Source: Deltaproteobacteria bacterium (GTDB taxonomy: Bacteria; Bdellovibrionota_B; Oligoflexia; Oligoflexales; Bog-1112). From it: DNA of 64,000 nucleotides. Of the stretch, positions 18,508-27,577 are shown in pieces. The notes beneath the pieces are model-generated. The model was given only the letters and a program-made list of their open reading frames with translations. It did not search any database and had not been told where the DNA came from. Within the stretch, counting starts at the first letter, position 1. The number at the start of each line of letters is the position of its first letter. Location of the stretch: the NCBI GenBank assembly GCA_947475005.1, contig CANJLI010000001.1:130819-194818 (forward strand), given 5' to 3'. A program made the translations under genes and the position numbers.

Positions 18508-19200
18508 TTGCACTGCATATCCAACCGATTTTTAGGTCTCTTTTTACTAAGCTGCGTACTGGCTACCTGGGGCTATGGGTTATTTGTAGCACCGAGTGAA
18601 TTCTATCAAGGGGAGGTCTACCGCATCCTCTATGTGCATGTACCTTGCGCACTCTCTGCTTTCCTCTCTGCACTTTGCTTATGCATCTGTAGCCTACGAG
18701 TGCTTACACAGAAACATGCAGCTAGCCTCTGGACCGCACGAGCCTGTGCCGAAGTGGGGCTTTTGTATACACTGCTTACTCTGATCACAGGATCGATCTG
18801 GGGATATCCAACCTGGGGGGTCTGGTGGACCTGGGATGCACGCTTGACCACGACCTTGCTCCTCTCTTTTCTCTACGGATGTTACCTGTTGCTATGGCAC
18901 ACCCTCGACTCCTATTCCTTACGTGCCAAGGTTTGCTCAGTATTTGGCATCCTGATCTTTATCGATGTACCCATCATCTACAAGAGTGTCACCTGGTGGA
19001 GGACCTTGCATCAACCCCCAAGTCTACTCTCCCCCAATGCACCCATGTCGAGTGAGATCTTGTATCCTTTGATCGCCTCAGTCCTTGTGATGCTTGGATT
19101 TGCTTGCTGGCTCATCGCTCTGCGCAGCGAAAATGTGCGCATGCAGAATGAAATCGAGGAAGCCCTTTCTCACACCGCTCATGCAAGGACCCCCTCATGA
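18508..19200 (+). CDS. ccmC: Heme exporter protein CcmC
   Basis: Trp-rich heme-handling motif WGYPTWGVWWTWDARLT. 230 aa, multi-TM. TTG start as given by the ORF track. Confidence 0.85.
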   Translation: MHCISNRFLGLFLLSCVLATWGYGLFVAPSEFYQGEVYRILYVHVPCALSAFLSALCLCICSLRVLTQKHAASLWTARACAEVGLLYTLLTLITGSIWGYPTWGVWWTWDARLTTTLLLSFLYGCYLLLWHTLDSYSLRAKVCSVFGILIFIDVPIIYKSVTWWRTLHQPPSLLSPNAPMSSEILYPLIASVLVMLGFACWLIALRSENVRMQNEIEEALSHTAHARTPS

Positions 19201-19340
19201 ATCCCTATCCTTTTATTTATACGTCATTTGGCATCGTAGGCATTGCCATCATCGGATACATGGCACTTCAATTGCGTCAGCAGGCCCAGAGCCGACGCCT
19301 CCTCACTCTTGTTAAACAAGGAACTACCCATGCCACGTAA
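19197..19340 (+). CDS. ccmD: Heme exporter protein CcmD (small single-TM protein)
   Basis: Below the ORF-track size cut-off. Manual translation: MNPYPFIYTSFGIVGIAIIGYMALQLRQQAQSRRLLTLVKQGTTHAT (47 aa). ATGA overlap with the ccmC stop, and position between ccmC and ccmE. Confidence 0.65.
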   Translation: MNPYPFIYTSFGIVGIAIIGYMALQLRQQAQSRRLLTLVKQGTTHAT

Positions 19341-19770
19341 ATGGATCTTCGGCCTACTCATTATCGGCGCTTGTATCGTGGGAATCTCGGTCATTACCAT
19401 GCGACAATATTCCGTCTACTTTTACACGCCCCAAGAGGCCAAGGCCCAAGCCATGGAGTTGAGCCAAAAAGAAATCAAGGTCGGAGGAATGGTCAAACCC
19501 GACTCCCTTCATTGGAACGCAACAGCCCTCTCTCTGTCCTTTATCCTCACCGACTTGCAAGCCACCGAGATCGAAGTCCAGTACCATGGAAGCCCCCCCG
19601 ATTTGCTCAAGGAAAACGCAGGCGTTGTGGCACAGGGGCGCATTATGCAAACCGGGCTCTTATTCGATGCAGTAAAACTCATGGTGAAGCACTCGGAGGA
19701 ATATAAAGTCCCCAAAGATCAACATGCTATAAATCCCGAGCTGCTTAAACAATCCATGTTTAAAGAATAG
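19330..19770 (+). CDS. ccmE: Cytochrome c-type biogenesis heme chaperone CcmE
   Basis: MPRKWIFGLLIIGACIVG membrane anchor, OB-fold region IKVGGMVKPDS and C-terminal heme-binding HxxxY (KHSEEY). Start moved to the ATG at 19330. Confidence 0.8.
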   Translation: MPRKWIFGLLIIGACIVGISVITMRQYSVYFYTPQEAKAQAMELSQKEIKVGGMVKPDSLHWNATALSLSFILTDLQATEIEVQYHGSPPDLLKENAGVVAQGRIMQTGLLFDAVKLMVKHSEEYKVPKDQHAINPELLKQSMFKE

Positions 19771-19776
19771 GTTGTT

Positions 19777-20355
19777 GTGATGGAAAAAAAACATACCCGC
19801 AACGTCGTCGTACTCCTCTTGTGCTTTACCGGGTTGTTCTTCATTTTGGCAAAAGGCCTGGTCCTCGATCCCAACCAAAAACCCACAGCCCACGTCCACC
19901 AACCCGCCACCGGCTTCACCCTCGATTGGATCCAAGGGCAAGACGAAGTAGGCGCAAACGGAGCACCCCTCACCCTTTCTCTTTTTCGGGGCAAGTGGGT
20001 GGTACTAAATTTTTGGGCCAGCTGGTGCAGCAGTTGCGGCGCAGAAGCCAAGGAGTTGGAAGCTTTCTGGAAGAAATACAAGGACCAAGACATTATCGTC
20101 CTTGGGGTCGCCGTCCATGATCAGTTAGCTGCCGCAAAAAAATTTGCCGCCTATTTTGGGAAAACCTACCCCTTAGGCCTCGATGTGAGTGGAAAAGTAA
20201 GTTTGGATTACGGAGTCTCTGGCGTCCCAGAAACTTTTCTGATTGATAAGGACGGTGTTATCCAAGAAAGGATCGTGGGCCCTGTCACCCTTTCTGTGTT
20301 AGAACAAAAACTCCATCTACAGGAGAGTAACCCTCATGCAACATCAGCGCCCTAA
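19777..20355 (+). CDS. ccmG: Thiol:disulfide oxidoreductase, CcmG/DsbE/TlpA family
   Basis: 192 aa. N-terminal anchor, thioredoxin motif NFWASWCSSCG and GVPETFLIDKDG. Confidence 0.75.
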   Translation: MMEKKHTRNVVVLLLCFTGLFFILAKGLVLDPNQKPTAHVHQPATGFTLDWIQGQDEVGANGAPLTLSLFRGKWVVLNFWASWCSSCGAEAKELEAFWKKYKDQDIIVLGVAVHDQLAAAKKFAAYFGKTYPLGLDVSGKVSLDYGVSGVPETFLIDKDGVIQERIVGPVTLSVLEQKLHLQESNPHATSAP

Positions 20356-20515
20356 AAAGTCTTTTGATCTGCCCGGAGATTTAAAAATCGAGAGTTTCTC
20401 AGATCTTATGGGATTTCTCGTCGTCTTGCCCTTCGTCGCCTTGGTGATGCCCTTTCTCGGGGCTGCCTATACATTGGGCTTTCTGATGGACATTACAGGA
20501 TGGCTTGATACGTGA
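20336..20515 (+). CDS. Small hydrophobic hypothetical protein (59 aa)
   Basis: Manual translation: MQHQRPKKSFDLPGDLKIESFSDLMGFLVVLPFVALVMPFLGAAYTLGFLMDITGWLDT. AGGAG lies 7-8 nt upstream. Overlaps the end of ccmG. Below the ORF-track cut-off. Confidence 0.4.
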   Translation: MQHQRPKKSFDLPGDLKIESFSDLMGFLVVLPFVALVMPFLGAAYTLGFLMDITGWLDT

Positions 20516-20538
20516 GTGGCATTTATCTTTTTTGATTA

Positions 20539-20661
20539 GAGATTGGGTCCACCTACCTTTTTAGGGGCCTTCACCTTTAGATTGGAGATTGGGTCCACCT
20601 ACCTTTTTAGGGGCCTTCACCTGTGGTGAAGGCCCCTAAAAAGGTAGGTGGACCCAATCTC
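20539..20661. repeat. 37-bp unit present three times (two direct, one inverted). Copies 2 and 3 form a perfect 37-bp hairpin with a 3-nt loop.
   Basis: gagattgggtccacctacctttttaggggccttcacc occurs at 20539-20575 and 20585-20621. Its exact reverse complement is at 20625-20661. Confidence 0.95.
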
Positions 20662-20665
20662 ACCG

Positions 20666-20713
20666 CGAGTGTCCCCGAATCTTGCTCTGGGGACACTCGG
20701 GCGGGGTGTCCCC
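20666..20713. repeat. REP-like element, GGGGACAC family (two overlapping hairpins)
   Basis: cgagtgtcccc (20666-76), gaatcttgctct, ggggacactcg (20689-99), ggc, ggggtgtcccc (20703-13). Confidence 0.75.
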
Positions 20714-20748
20714 ACTACGCATTGAAACCAATATAAACTGCTGCTACA

Positions 20749-21657
20749 ATGAGACCATTCTCATTCAATAAAGTGGAGTTTCTTTTGTATCTTCTTTGGA
20801 TGCCATTTATTTGCCTATTTTCAAATCTTGCTTTTGCGGAGCCTGCTGCCAAGGTGCAGGTTCTCAATGCAAAGCAAGAGACCTTACAGGATACCTACCA
20901 GTATCCGGTTTCGGTAGAAGCCAAACAAGACAGCGAAATTCATGCAGAAATTGCAGGAATTGTAAAAGAGGTCAAGGTCCAGATCGGCTCGACGGTCCAA
21001 GTCAACCAACCGGTTTTGATCCTGCAACATAGCAAAGTGGAATATTCCCAAGCCCCCTTTGCAGTGAAAAGCCCAATAGCAGGACAAGTTGCCTCCATCG
21101 ATAAAAAGCAAGGGGGACGTGTCGAGATTGGCGATCTACTCGTGCATATCGTGAACCGAGAGCACTTGATCCTCAAATTTGAAATTCCAGAGACAGAGGT
21201 ACACACACTCACCCTCGGTGCAGTGGGCTCTCTATTCTTTCGATCCTTTGAAGGCGCTCTCTCTGAGGTACGCTTGCAGGGAATCGCGCCTCGCATCGAT
21301 CCCCTTACGGGAACTGCAACGGCAGAGCTGCAATGGGATACCTCCAAGTGGACCCCTGAAACTAAGAAAAAAGTGTCCCAACTCTATCCAGGCATGCTGG
21401 GACATGTCACGTTCTCTCTGCATCCCAGAGAAGCAATTCTGATCCCCAAACGAGCGGTGACCCTTGAAAATGGGGACTCCACAGTCAGATTGGTACGCGA
21501 CAACAAAGTAAGTAAGAAAAAGATCAAGATGGGAAAAGAAATCGCAGAGCAGGTAGAAGTCGCAGAGGGGATCGCAGTGGGAGATTCCGTCATCATTCAA
21601 AGCTCTCAATACCTGCAAGAGAATGAATCTGTAGAAATTGAAAAAGAAGCCAAATGA
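20749..21657 (+). CDS. RND efflux periplasmic adaptor (HlyD/MFP family)
   Basis: 302 aa. Signal/anchor, biotinyl-lipoyl-like hairpin (IAGIVKEVKVQIGSTVQVNQPVLIL ... SPIAGQVASI). 4-nt overlap with the downstream RND pump. Confidence 0.75.
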   Translation: MRPFSFNKVEFLLYLLWMPFICLFSNLAFAEPAAKVQVLNAKQETLQDTYQYPVSVEAKQDSEIHAEIAGIVKEVKVQIGSTVQVNQPVLILQHSKVEYSQAPFAVKSPIAGQVASIDKKQGGRVEIGDLLVHIVNREHLILKFEIPETEVHTLTLGAVGSLFFRSFEGALSEVRLQGIAPRIDPLTGTATAELQWDTSKWTPETKKKVSQLYPGMLGHVTFSLHPREAILIPKRAVTLENGDSTVRLVRDNKVSKKKIKMGKEIAEQVEVAEGIAVGDSVIIQSSQYLQENESVEIEKEAK

Positions 21658-24600
21658 ATCTCCAAACCATCTACGCATCTCCCACCCGTGTGTACCTGTG
21701 CTTTTTTCTGCTCGGTATTGTGGGCATTCTCTGCTACCAAACCTTACCCCTTTCGTTATTTCCCAATTCCACACGACCAGAAATCGGAACAGGCATGCCC
21801 TATGGGGATCTTACCCGAGACGGATTTCTCACAACCTATGGCAAAGAAATTGAAAGCAAGCTACAAGCCATCCAAACGAAGGGATGTACCACCGACCGCG
21901 TGGAAGCCACGTATAGCCATAAAAGTGTTCACTATAGCATTCGATTTGCCTGGGGAGATGACGGAGCCACATGCTTAAAAGAAGCCAAACAGCTCATCGA
22001 TACCTATAAGTCCCAATGGCCTCAGGATATTCAACAACGCACGTATATATGGCAAAACTCCAGTGGAACTGGATTTTTCCTCGCCAGTCTTCACAGTGAC
22101 TCCCGCTCGGATGAAGCCATCTACACTGCACTGATGCCTCTGCTGCGCCCCCAATTTGCCAGCATTCGAGAAACAGATAAAGTCGAAGACGCTGACCCAA
22201 CTCCCAAACAAATTACCCTTGAGCTGTCCCCTCTCAAAATGGCAGCTTTCAAACTACGCCCCCAAGATATTATTACAAAAGTACAAGCCGCCATGGCCCA
22301 CCACAATGCGGGCGTGCTCAGCGCCGGTGAATATCAAATCTCCATTGAAGCAGGGACACATTTTGCAGATCCAAAAGAACTTGGAGATTTGATTCTCTCA
22401 AAAACACCGGAAAAAACCATCTATCTAAGCGAAATTGCAATCATCAAAGTAGAGCCTTCTTCCAAAGGAAGAGAGCTCATGACCTTGAATGGATCCTCTG
22501 CATTGATCATCTATGCAAAGCCTTCTCCCGGAAAAAATATCCGAGATATGAGCCAGAAAATCATTGCCGCATTTGACAAAACGTTGAAAAACAATCCTCA
22601 GTTTTCCGACATCCACTATACGGTGATGGTCAACCCCGGGGCCTTTGTAGACCAATCCATCTCCAATGTGTTAAAAGAAGTAGGGATTTGCTCCCTTCTG
22701 GCTGTTCTCATTTTATTTTTCTTCATCGGCACATGGGCAGGTACTGCACCAGCTTTGCTTGAAATCCCCCTCAGCTTGCTCCTCTCTTTTATCTTGATGA
22801 AGTGGATGAATGTCCATATCAACATGATCTCTCTCGGGGGTCTTGCTCTTTCTGTTGGGATGAATGTAGATGCCTCGATTGTAGTGATCGACTCCATTAT
22901 CAAACGATTTGATCGCCTCAAAAATACGCCAATCTCTAAATCTGTCATTGTAGCTGCAGTCACAGAGGCTGTACAAGAAGTCTATCTGCCGGTCGTCCTC
23001 TCCACCATAACCTCCCTCATTGTGTTCATCCCTCTTTCCTTTACCTCAGATCTTACAGAAGCGATTCTGGGTGATTTGGCAAAAGCTGTGATTTTCTCCC
23101 ACGGCATTTCCCTCTTTATTGCATTGCTTTTGGTCCCCAGTATTCGTGTGCACATGGCTTGTAAATTCGGCATCCGCACGGAAAATCATGCCATGCCGTG
23201 GGTCGACCGATTCCTGGAAAAAATATACAGAAGCTATGAGAAAAGCTTGGCCTGGTTGTTAGACCGACAAAATCCTCAACTGGGTTTGTATAGCATTTCT
23301 GCAATTGCCTTGGTTGCCGTACTCGCCCTGATTCCGCCTCAATTAAAAAGAGAAATCATCGGGGTACCGGAAACTGCGATCATTATAACGGATATTATGG
23401 TCTATCAGGCAGCTAGCCAGGCACAAACCCAAGCCTATGCAGCCAAATTTGAACGAGAGCTACGGGAAAAATTTGGCAACAAACTTTCTTTTACTTTTGC
23501 CAATACGCATCAAAAAGATCGAGCCTATTTTTTCATTGGCCTTCGCAACAAGTCAGAAGGTGCTTCCATGATGGAAGCCCTACAAAATATGACCAAGCAA
23601 AATGTGGATGCAAAATTTGAATTCTTTCCGTTTAACCCCGCTGAACTTCCGTTGCCACGTCCGAATGACTGGGAAGTTTCTTTCCATGGAGCTAAAACCG
23701 AAGATATACAAGCTATGCAGGAGTCTTTCCGAGTGGCTCTCCTAGATCGAGGCCTATTCTCTACCTGGCAACCTGATAGTCCTTCTGCCTTTCCCAATCA
23801 AATTCAACTCATCCCCCTTCCAGAGCGATGGGCACCGATTCAAGCCAAATCCGCTGAATTGTCTCTATCTGACCTCGGACAACTGATTTCCATTGGAACA
23901 GATTCCATTGAGATCCAAAAGTTTGCGCTGCAAGACAAGCACCTCCCCATTTTGGCCACCTACCCACTTGGCACCATTAGCTCCTTGGCTGATATTGAAT
24001 CAATGCCCATTTTTGTAGGCGAAAAAGTGATCCCCTTACGAGCTCTTGTACAAGTCAAAAAAGAAACCACCCGCTCCAATCTGTATCGCATCAACGGAGA
24101 AGATTCCTTCCTCACCTCCGGTTCATTCTCAGAAGGAGAAAAGAAAAAGGAGAACCAGATACGTTCCGACTTCAACCAGTTTCTACAAGAATTTAAAAAG
24201 ACACATGCAACCGATGGCGTGACCATTACCCAAGAAGAAACGCAAAAGGAGATGCAACAAGCCCTTCGAGAGTTGTTGCTGGCTACTGCCATTTCTGTCG
24301 GCTTGATCTTTTTGGTGTTGTATCTTCAATTCTCCAGCTTGGTGCATACCCTCATCATTATGTTGGCCATTCCATTGGGGCTGTTGGGCGTGTTTCCTTC
24401 GCTCTACATATTTAACTCCACTCTTAGTGTCAATTCGGCTCTGGGGATCATCTTGCTCATCGGGATCACAGTGGCAAATTCCATTATGTTGGTGGAGAAA
24501 ATCCTACATCTGCATCGAGGGGGGATTCCTCCGAGAGAAGCGATTCTGGAAACCGCTCAAAAACGAATTCGTCCGATCTTGATGACCTCTCTCATTACCA

Positions 24601-24758
24601 TCCTCGGGATGCTGCCCATTGCCATCGGCGCGGGAGATGGAGGCAAGATCTTGCAGCCCCTTGGGATTGCAGTTTGCGGTGGACTGTGGGTCTCCTTGTT
24701 GTTTACCTTGTACCTAGTCCCCACTCTTGAATATGCGTATCTACGACGCAAGCACTGA
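21654..24758 (+). CDS. RND family inner-membrane efflux transporter (AcrB/HAE type)
   Basis: 1034 aa. Duplicated 6-TM plus large periplasmic loop architecture. Conserved TM4-like region GLALSVGMNVDASIVVIDS. Confidence 0.85.
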   Translation: MNLQTIYASPTRVYLCFFLLGIVGILCYQTLPLSLFPNSTRPEIGTGMPYGDLTRDGFLTTYGKEIESKLQAIQTKGCTTDRVEATYSHKSVHYSIRFAWGDDGATCLKEAKQLIDTYKSQWPQDIQQRTYIWQNSSGTGFFLASLHSDSRSDEAIYTALMPLLRPQFASIRETDKVEDADPTPKQITLELSPLKMAAFKLRPQDIITKVQAAMAHHNAGVLSAGEYQISIEAGTHFADPKELGDLILSKTPEKTIYLSEIAIIKVEPSSKGRELMTLNGSSALIIYAKPSPGKNIRDMSQKIIAAFDKTLKNNPQFSDIHYTVMVNPGAFVDQSISNVLKEVGICSLLAVLILFFFIGTWAGTAPALLEIPLSLLLSFILMKWMNVHINMISLGGLALSVGMNVDASIVVIDSIIKRFDRLKNTPISKSVIVAAVTEAVQEVYLPVVLSTITSLIVFIPLSFTSDLTEAILGDLAKAVIFSHGISLFIALLLVPSIRVHMACKFGIRTENHAMPWVDRFLEKIYRSYEKSLAWLLDRQNPQLGLYSISAIALVAVLALIPPQLKREIIGVPETAIIITDIMVYQAASQAQTQAYAAKFERELREKFGNKLSFTFANTHQKDRAYFFIGLRNKSEGASMMEALQNMTKQNVDAKFEFFPFNPAELPLPRPNDWEVSFHGAKTEDIQAMQESFRVALLDRGLFSTWQPDSPSAFPNQIQLIPLPERWAPIQAKSAELSLSDLGQLISIGTDSIEIQKFALQDKHLPILATYPLGTISSLADIESMPIFVGEKVIPLRALVQVKKETTRSNLYRINGEDSFLTSGSFSEGEKKKENQIRSDFNQFLQEFKKTHATDGVTITQEETQKEMQQALRELLLATAISVGLIFLVLYLQFSSLVHTLIIMLAIPLGLLGVFPSLYIFNSTLSVNSALGIILLIGITVANSIMLVEKILHLHRGGIPPREAILETAQKRIRPILMTSLITILGMLPIAIGAGDGGKILQPLGIAVCGGLWVSLLFTLYLVPTLEYAYLRRKH

Positions 24759-24765
24759 GACTGTT

Positions 24766-25992
24766 ATGAAAAAAACCATCTATCGATATTGTCTACTTCT
24801 TGCAATTTCTCCGTGTGCTTACAGCATCACCTTGCAGCAGGCGCAAGAGGCTGCTCTCGCCTCGAATGCAAAGCTGAAAAGTGCCGATAGCCTCTATGAA
24901 GCTGCGGAGAAAGAAAAACAAGCGAATCGGGCTGCCTTATTCCCTAAGCTTTCTGTTCAATATGAAAAAGTAAAAAACCAAGGCTCGGACAGCACGAGTG
25001 CGCAACAAAACTCCATGGTTGAAGTGCGAGCAGACATCAAAAATCCTTTTTCTCACCATGCCCTCCAAGGGGCACAGGATTTGGAGCAAAAAGATATTCA
25101 ACTTTCTAAAGAGGAGCAAAGAAACCAAATCCTACATAAGACCCGATTGGCATATTTTAAAGTGGGGTTGATTGATCTCCAACTCAATTATGCAAAAAAT
25201 ACTTTGCAATCTCGAAAAAAAGAACTCGACATCGTGAAGAGAAAAAGTGAAGGAAACCTGCTATCGTCCAATGACAAAGAACGGGTAGAGCGAGAGTTTA
25301 ACAAACAGAAGCAAAAGATAGATATCCTTGAGCTGAAGGTAGCTGCACAGTATGAAGTGATCGAACAGTACATTCAATATAAAGTAGACAGAAATACCCT
25401 GGAAACTCCATTTCCGACTACCTTTACGTTACCTGATCTCCCTCCCCAACAGAGAGGGGTTCCTATTTCTGCAAAGAAGATCGAAGTAGAACGCGAAAAG
25501 GGTCAAAATTTACTGTATCAAGAACGCATGAAGTGGACCCCCGATTTTTTTGGTTCTTATCAGAAGGGAAGAAGAGAAGGGGAGCTAGATACCGAAGCCT
25601 TCCTCCTGGGCTTTACGTGGAATGTATCTGCAGCACCGTATTTTAAACAAAGAGCCATTTCCTTTCGCATCCAATCTGCGGAGTTCTTATATGCCCAAGA
25701 AGTGCAGGATCAGAAAGATTTGGTTACCAAGGCATTTCAAGAGCTGAAAGAAACACTGGCTACCCTCAAAAGTCAGAAAGATATCATCTCATCCAGTGAA
25801 AAAATTGTGAAAGAAAGCCTTCGCCAGCATGACCTAGGCGGCATTCCCCTGCGAACCTATCAAGAAGACTTCGAAACCTGGACCCATGATTCGGAGCGTG
25901 AACTGGAGCTTCGCTACCAAGCGGTGGAAAAGTTAGCAGAGCTTTCGCTTCTCACAGAAGATGAACATCTGTTCTATAAAGGGCTGAAGTAA
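24766..25992 (+). CDS. Outer membrane efflux protein (TolC/OMF family)
   Basis: About 408 aa from MKKTIYRYCLLL (signal peptide). Coiled-coil-rich repeats. Third gene of the RND operon. Start moved to the ATG at 24766. Confidence 0.7.
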   Translation: MKKTIYRYCLLLAISPCAYSITLQQAQEAALASNAKLKSADSLYEAAEKEKQANRAALFPKLSVQYEKVKNQGSDSTSAQQNSMVEVRADIKNPFSHHALQGAQDLEQKDIQLSKEEQRNQILHKTRLAYFKVGLIDLQLNYAKNTLQSRKKELDIVKRKSEGNLLSSNDKERVEREFNKQKQKIDILELKVAAQYEVIEQYIQYKVDRNTLETPFPTTFTLPDLPPQQRGVPISAKKIEVEREKGQNLLYQERMKWTPDFFGSYQKGRREGELDTEAFLLGFTWNVSAAPYFKQRAISFRIQSAEFLYAQEVQDQKDLVTKAFQELKETLATLKSQKDIISSSEKIVKESLRQHDLGGIPLRTYQEDFETWTHDSERELELRYQAVEKLAELSLLTEDEHLFYKGLK

Positions 25993-26630
25993 TTTTCTTT
26001 TTCTTTTTCTTTTTCTTTTTCTTTTTCTTTTTCTTTTCTGGAAACCAGCTGCGCAGTTTTCCAGACCTTCCTTGCCTCGCAAGGGGAAATCGAGGATGTA
26101 TTTCCAGAACGACACGTCAAGGCCGGCGCTCGCTCGGGGCCTCCCACCCTCTCTCAATCGCAGAGCTAATCCTCGTCAGAGAATCTAGAACGTCCGCTGC
26201 GCTTTCGACCCGGGCAGGTCCCCCCAAGCGGCTGCCCTTGACGCGTCGTTCTGGAAACACATCTCCGATCTCTCGCTGCTACCAGATCTTTGCAGCTACG
26301 GGAGAGAGTGATTGGATTCCTTTCAGTTACCATTTGAGGGGCCAAGGGCAGCCGCTTGGGAGGACCTACCCGGGTCACAAATCGCAGCCTGGTTTTTACT
26401 GTCCATGACTAGAATACTATCTGCGATTTTGAGAGGGTGGGAGGCCCCGAGCGAGCGCCGGCCTTGGCATCTAACATGGTAACGGAACGGAATCCTATCT
26501 CTCTCCCATCGCGAGGCAAGGAGGTGTGGAAACTGCGCAGCTGGTTCCACAAAGAAAAGAAAAGAAAAGAAGAAAAGAAGAAAAGAAGAAAAGAAGAAAA
26601 GAAGAAAAGAAGAAAAGAAGAAAAGAAGAA
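25993..26630. repeat. Foldback element, copy B: core 26040-26550, flanked by (CTTTTT)n and (GAAAA)n(GAAGAAAA)n microsatellites
   Basis: TIR-R 26503-26550 differs from copy A TIR-R at a single position. The E'-D'-C' half (26341-26467) is near-identical to copy A 2686-2812. The left half is a degenerate complement. Begins 1 nt after the tolC-like stop and ends 1 nt before the rlmM-like stop. Confidence 0.9.
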
Positions 26631-26631
26631 A

Positions 26632-27567
26632 TTATTTTACAGGACGTGTCCACACCCATGTAAGCTCATGCTTGTTCTGACTGAGATGTCCAAGCCACCC
26701 ACCGGGAATCGCGAGAAAAGAATCGATGATTCCGTAATGCTCGCGTCCTTGGAACTTTAGCGTACAGACCGCATGCTGAATCGAAGAAGGCAAGACACTG
26801 GTACTCACCCACTCGTAGAGTTTTTCTGGATAACAAATCACATCACAGAACAACCAACTGGCCTCTGGGTACGCAGATAGATCCACGCGAAAGGCATCGG
26901 CTTCTACAAACTCCACTTCAGAGGCTTGCATAAGATCCTCCCGCAAAGGACTTCGATCAAAGGCTTTCACAGAGGCACCCAGTCGCTGCAGCACCCAGGT
27001 CCATCCTCCAGGAGACGCACCAAGATCGAGACAAACCTCTCCCTTCTGTGGGGCAACCCCAAGTCGAGTGAAGGCCTCCCAAAGTTTCAAATAGGCTCTG
27101 TTCGGAGGACCCAATCGGTCCTCTACAAATTCCCACTCTCCATTCGGTCGAGGACTCGTACACTGAGGCGACGCAAGCACACGATGATCATCGAGCAGTC
27201 TCCACGATCCCAACGGGGGATAGGTGGTAGGCTTTCCCGTAAACACGATGGGCTTGGCTCCAACATGGGGCAATGCTTTTTGGATATACGAAGCCCGACT
27301 TGATCCTGCTGGAAGGTAGGGCCACCAGCTGCGTTGCAAGGAAGTTAACGCCTTGGCACACTCTAAGATGGACTCAAACTGGATCTCATAGAGTTCGGAC
27401 CACTGATTGGCAGCCCAACGCGCAAGGAATGCATCCTCGATCTTGCCCCAAAACAGACGGTCCTGACGGGTGTACACCCGCCCTGCGAGTCGCTCTTCAA
27501 AGAGAGCTTCCAACCCGAGGGGAGCAAGATACGCAATTTGATTGTGGAGACGTTGAAGTTGGTACAA
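26632..27567 (-). CDS. SAM-dependent rRNA 2'-O-ribose methyltransferase, RlmM/FtsJ-like
   Basis: 311 aa. CLDLGASPGGWTWVL SAM-binding motif, then FCDVICYPEK and CTLKFQG, resembling the RlmM C-terminal catalytic domain. Confidence 0.6.
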   Translation of the reverse strand: MYQLQRLHNQIAYLAPLGLEALFEERLAGRVYTRQDRLFWGKIEDAFLARWAANQWSELYEIQFESILECAKALTSLQRSWWPYLPAGSSRASYIQKALPHVGAKPIVFTGKPTTYPPLGSWRLLDDHRVLASPQCTSPRPNGEWEFVEDRLGPPNRAYLKLWEAFTRLGVAPQKGEVCLDLGASPGGWTWVLQRLGASVKAFDRSPLREDLMQASEVEFVEADAFRVDLSAYPEASWLFCDVICYPEKLYEWVSTSVLPSSIQHAVCTLKFQGREHYGIIDSFLAIPGGWLGHLSQNKHELTWVWTRPVK

Positions 27568-27577
27568 GAGAAGTTAC

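Noticed and set aside
20539-20713. Possible CRISPR array (repeated 37-bp unit)
   Set aside because: There are only two direct copies separated by 9 bp, and the third copy is inverted. There are no spacers of CRISPR size and no cas genes in the window.
26166-26760. ORFs inside foldback copy B, including a K/E/R-rich tail translated from the GAAGAAAA microsatellite
   Set aside because: Same palindrome artefact. The polylysine/glutamate stretch is just the translated purine microsatellite, and the ORF runs antisense into the rlmM-like gene.
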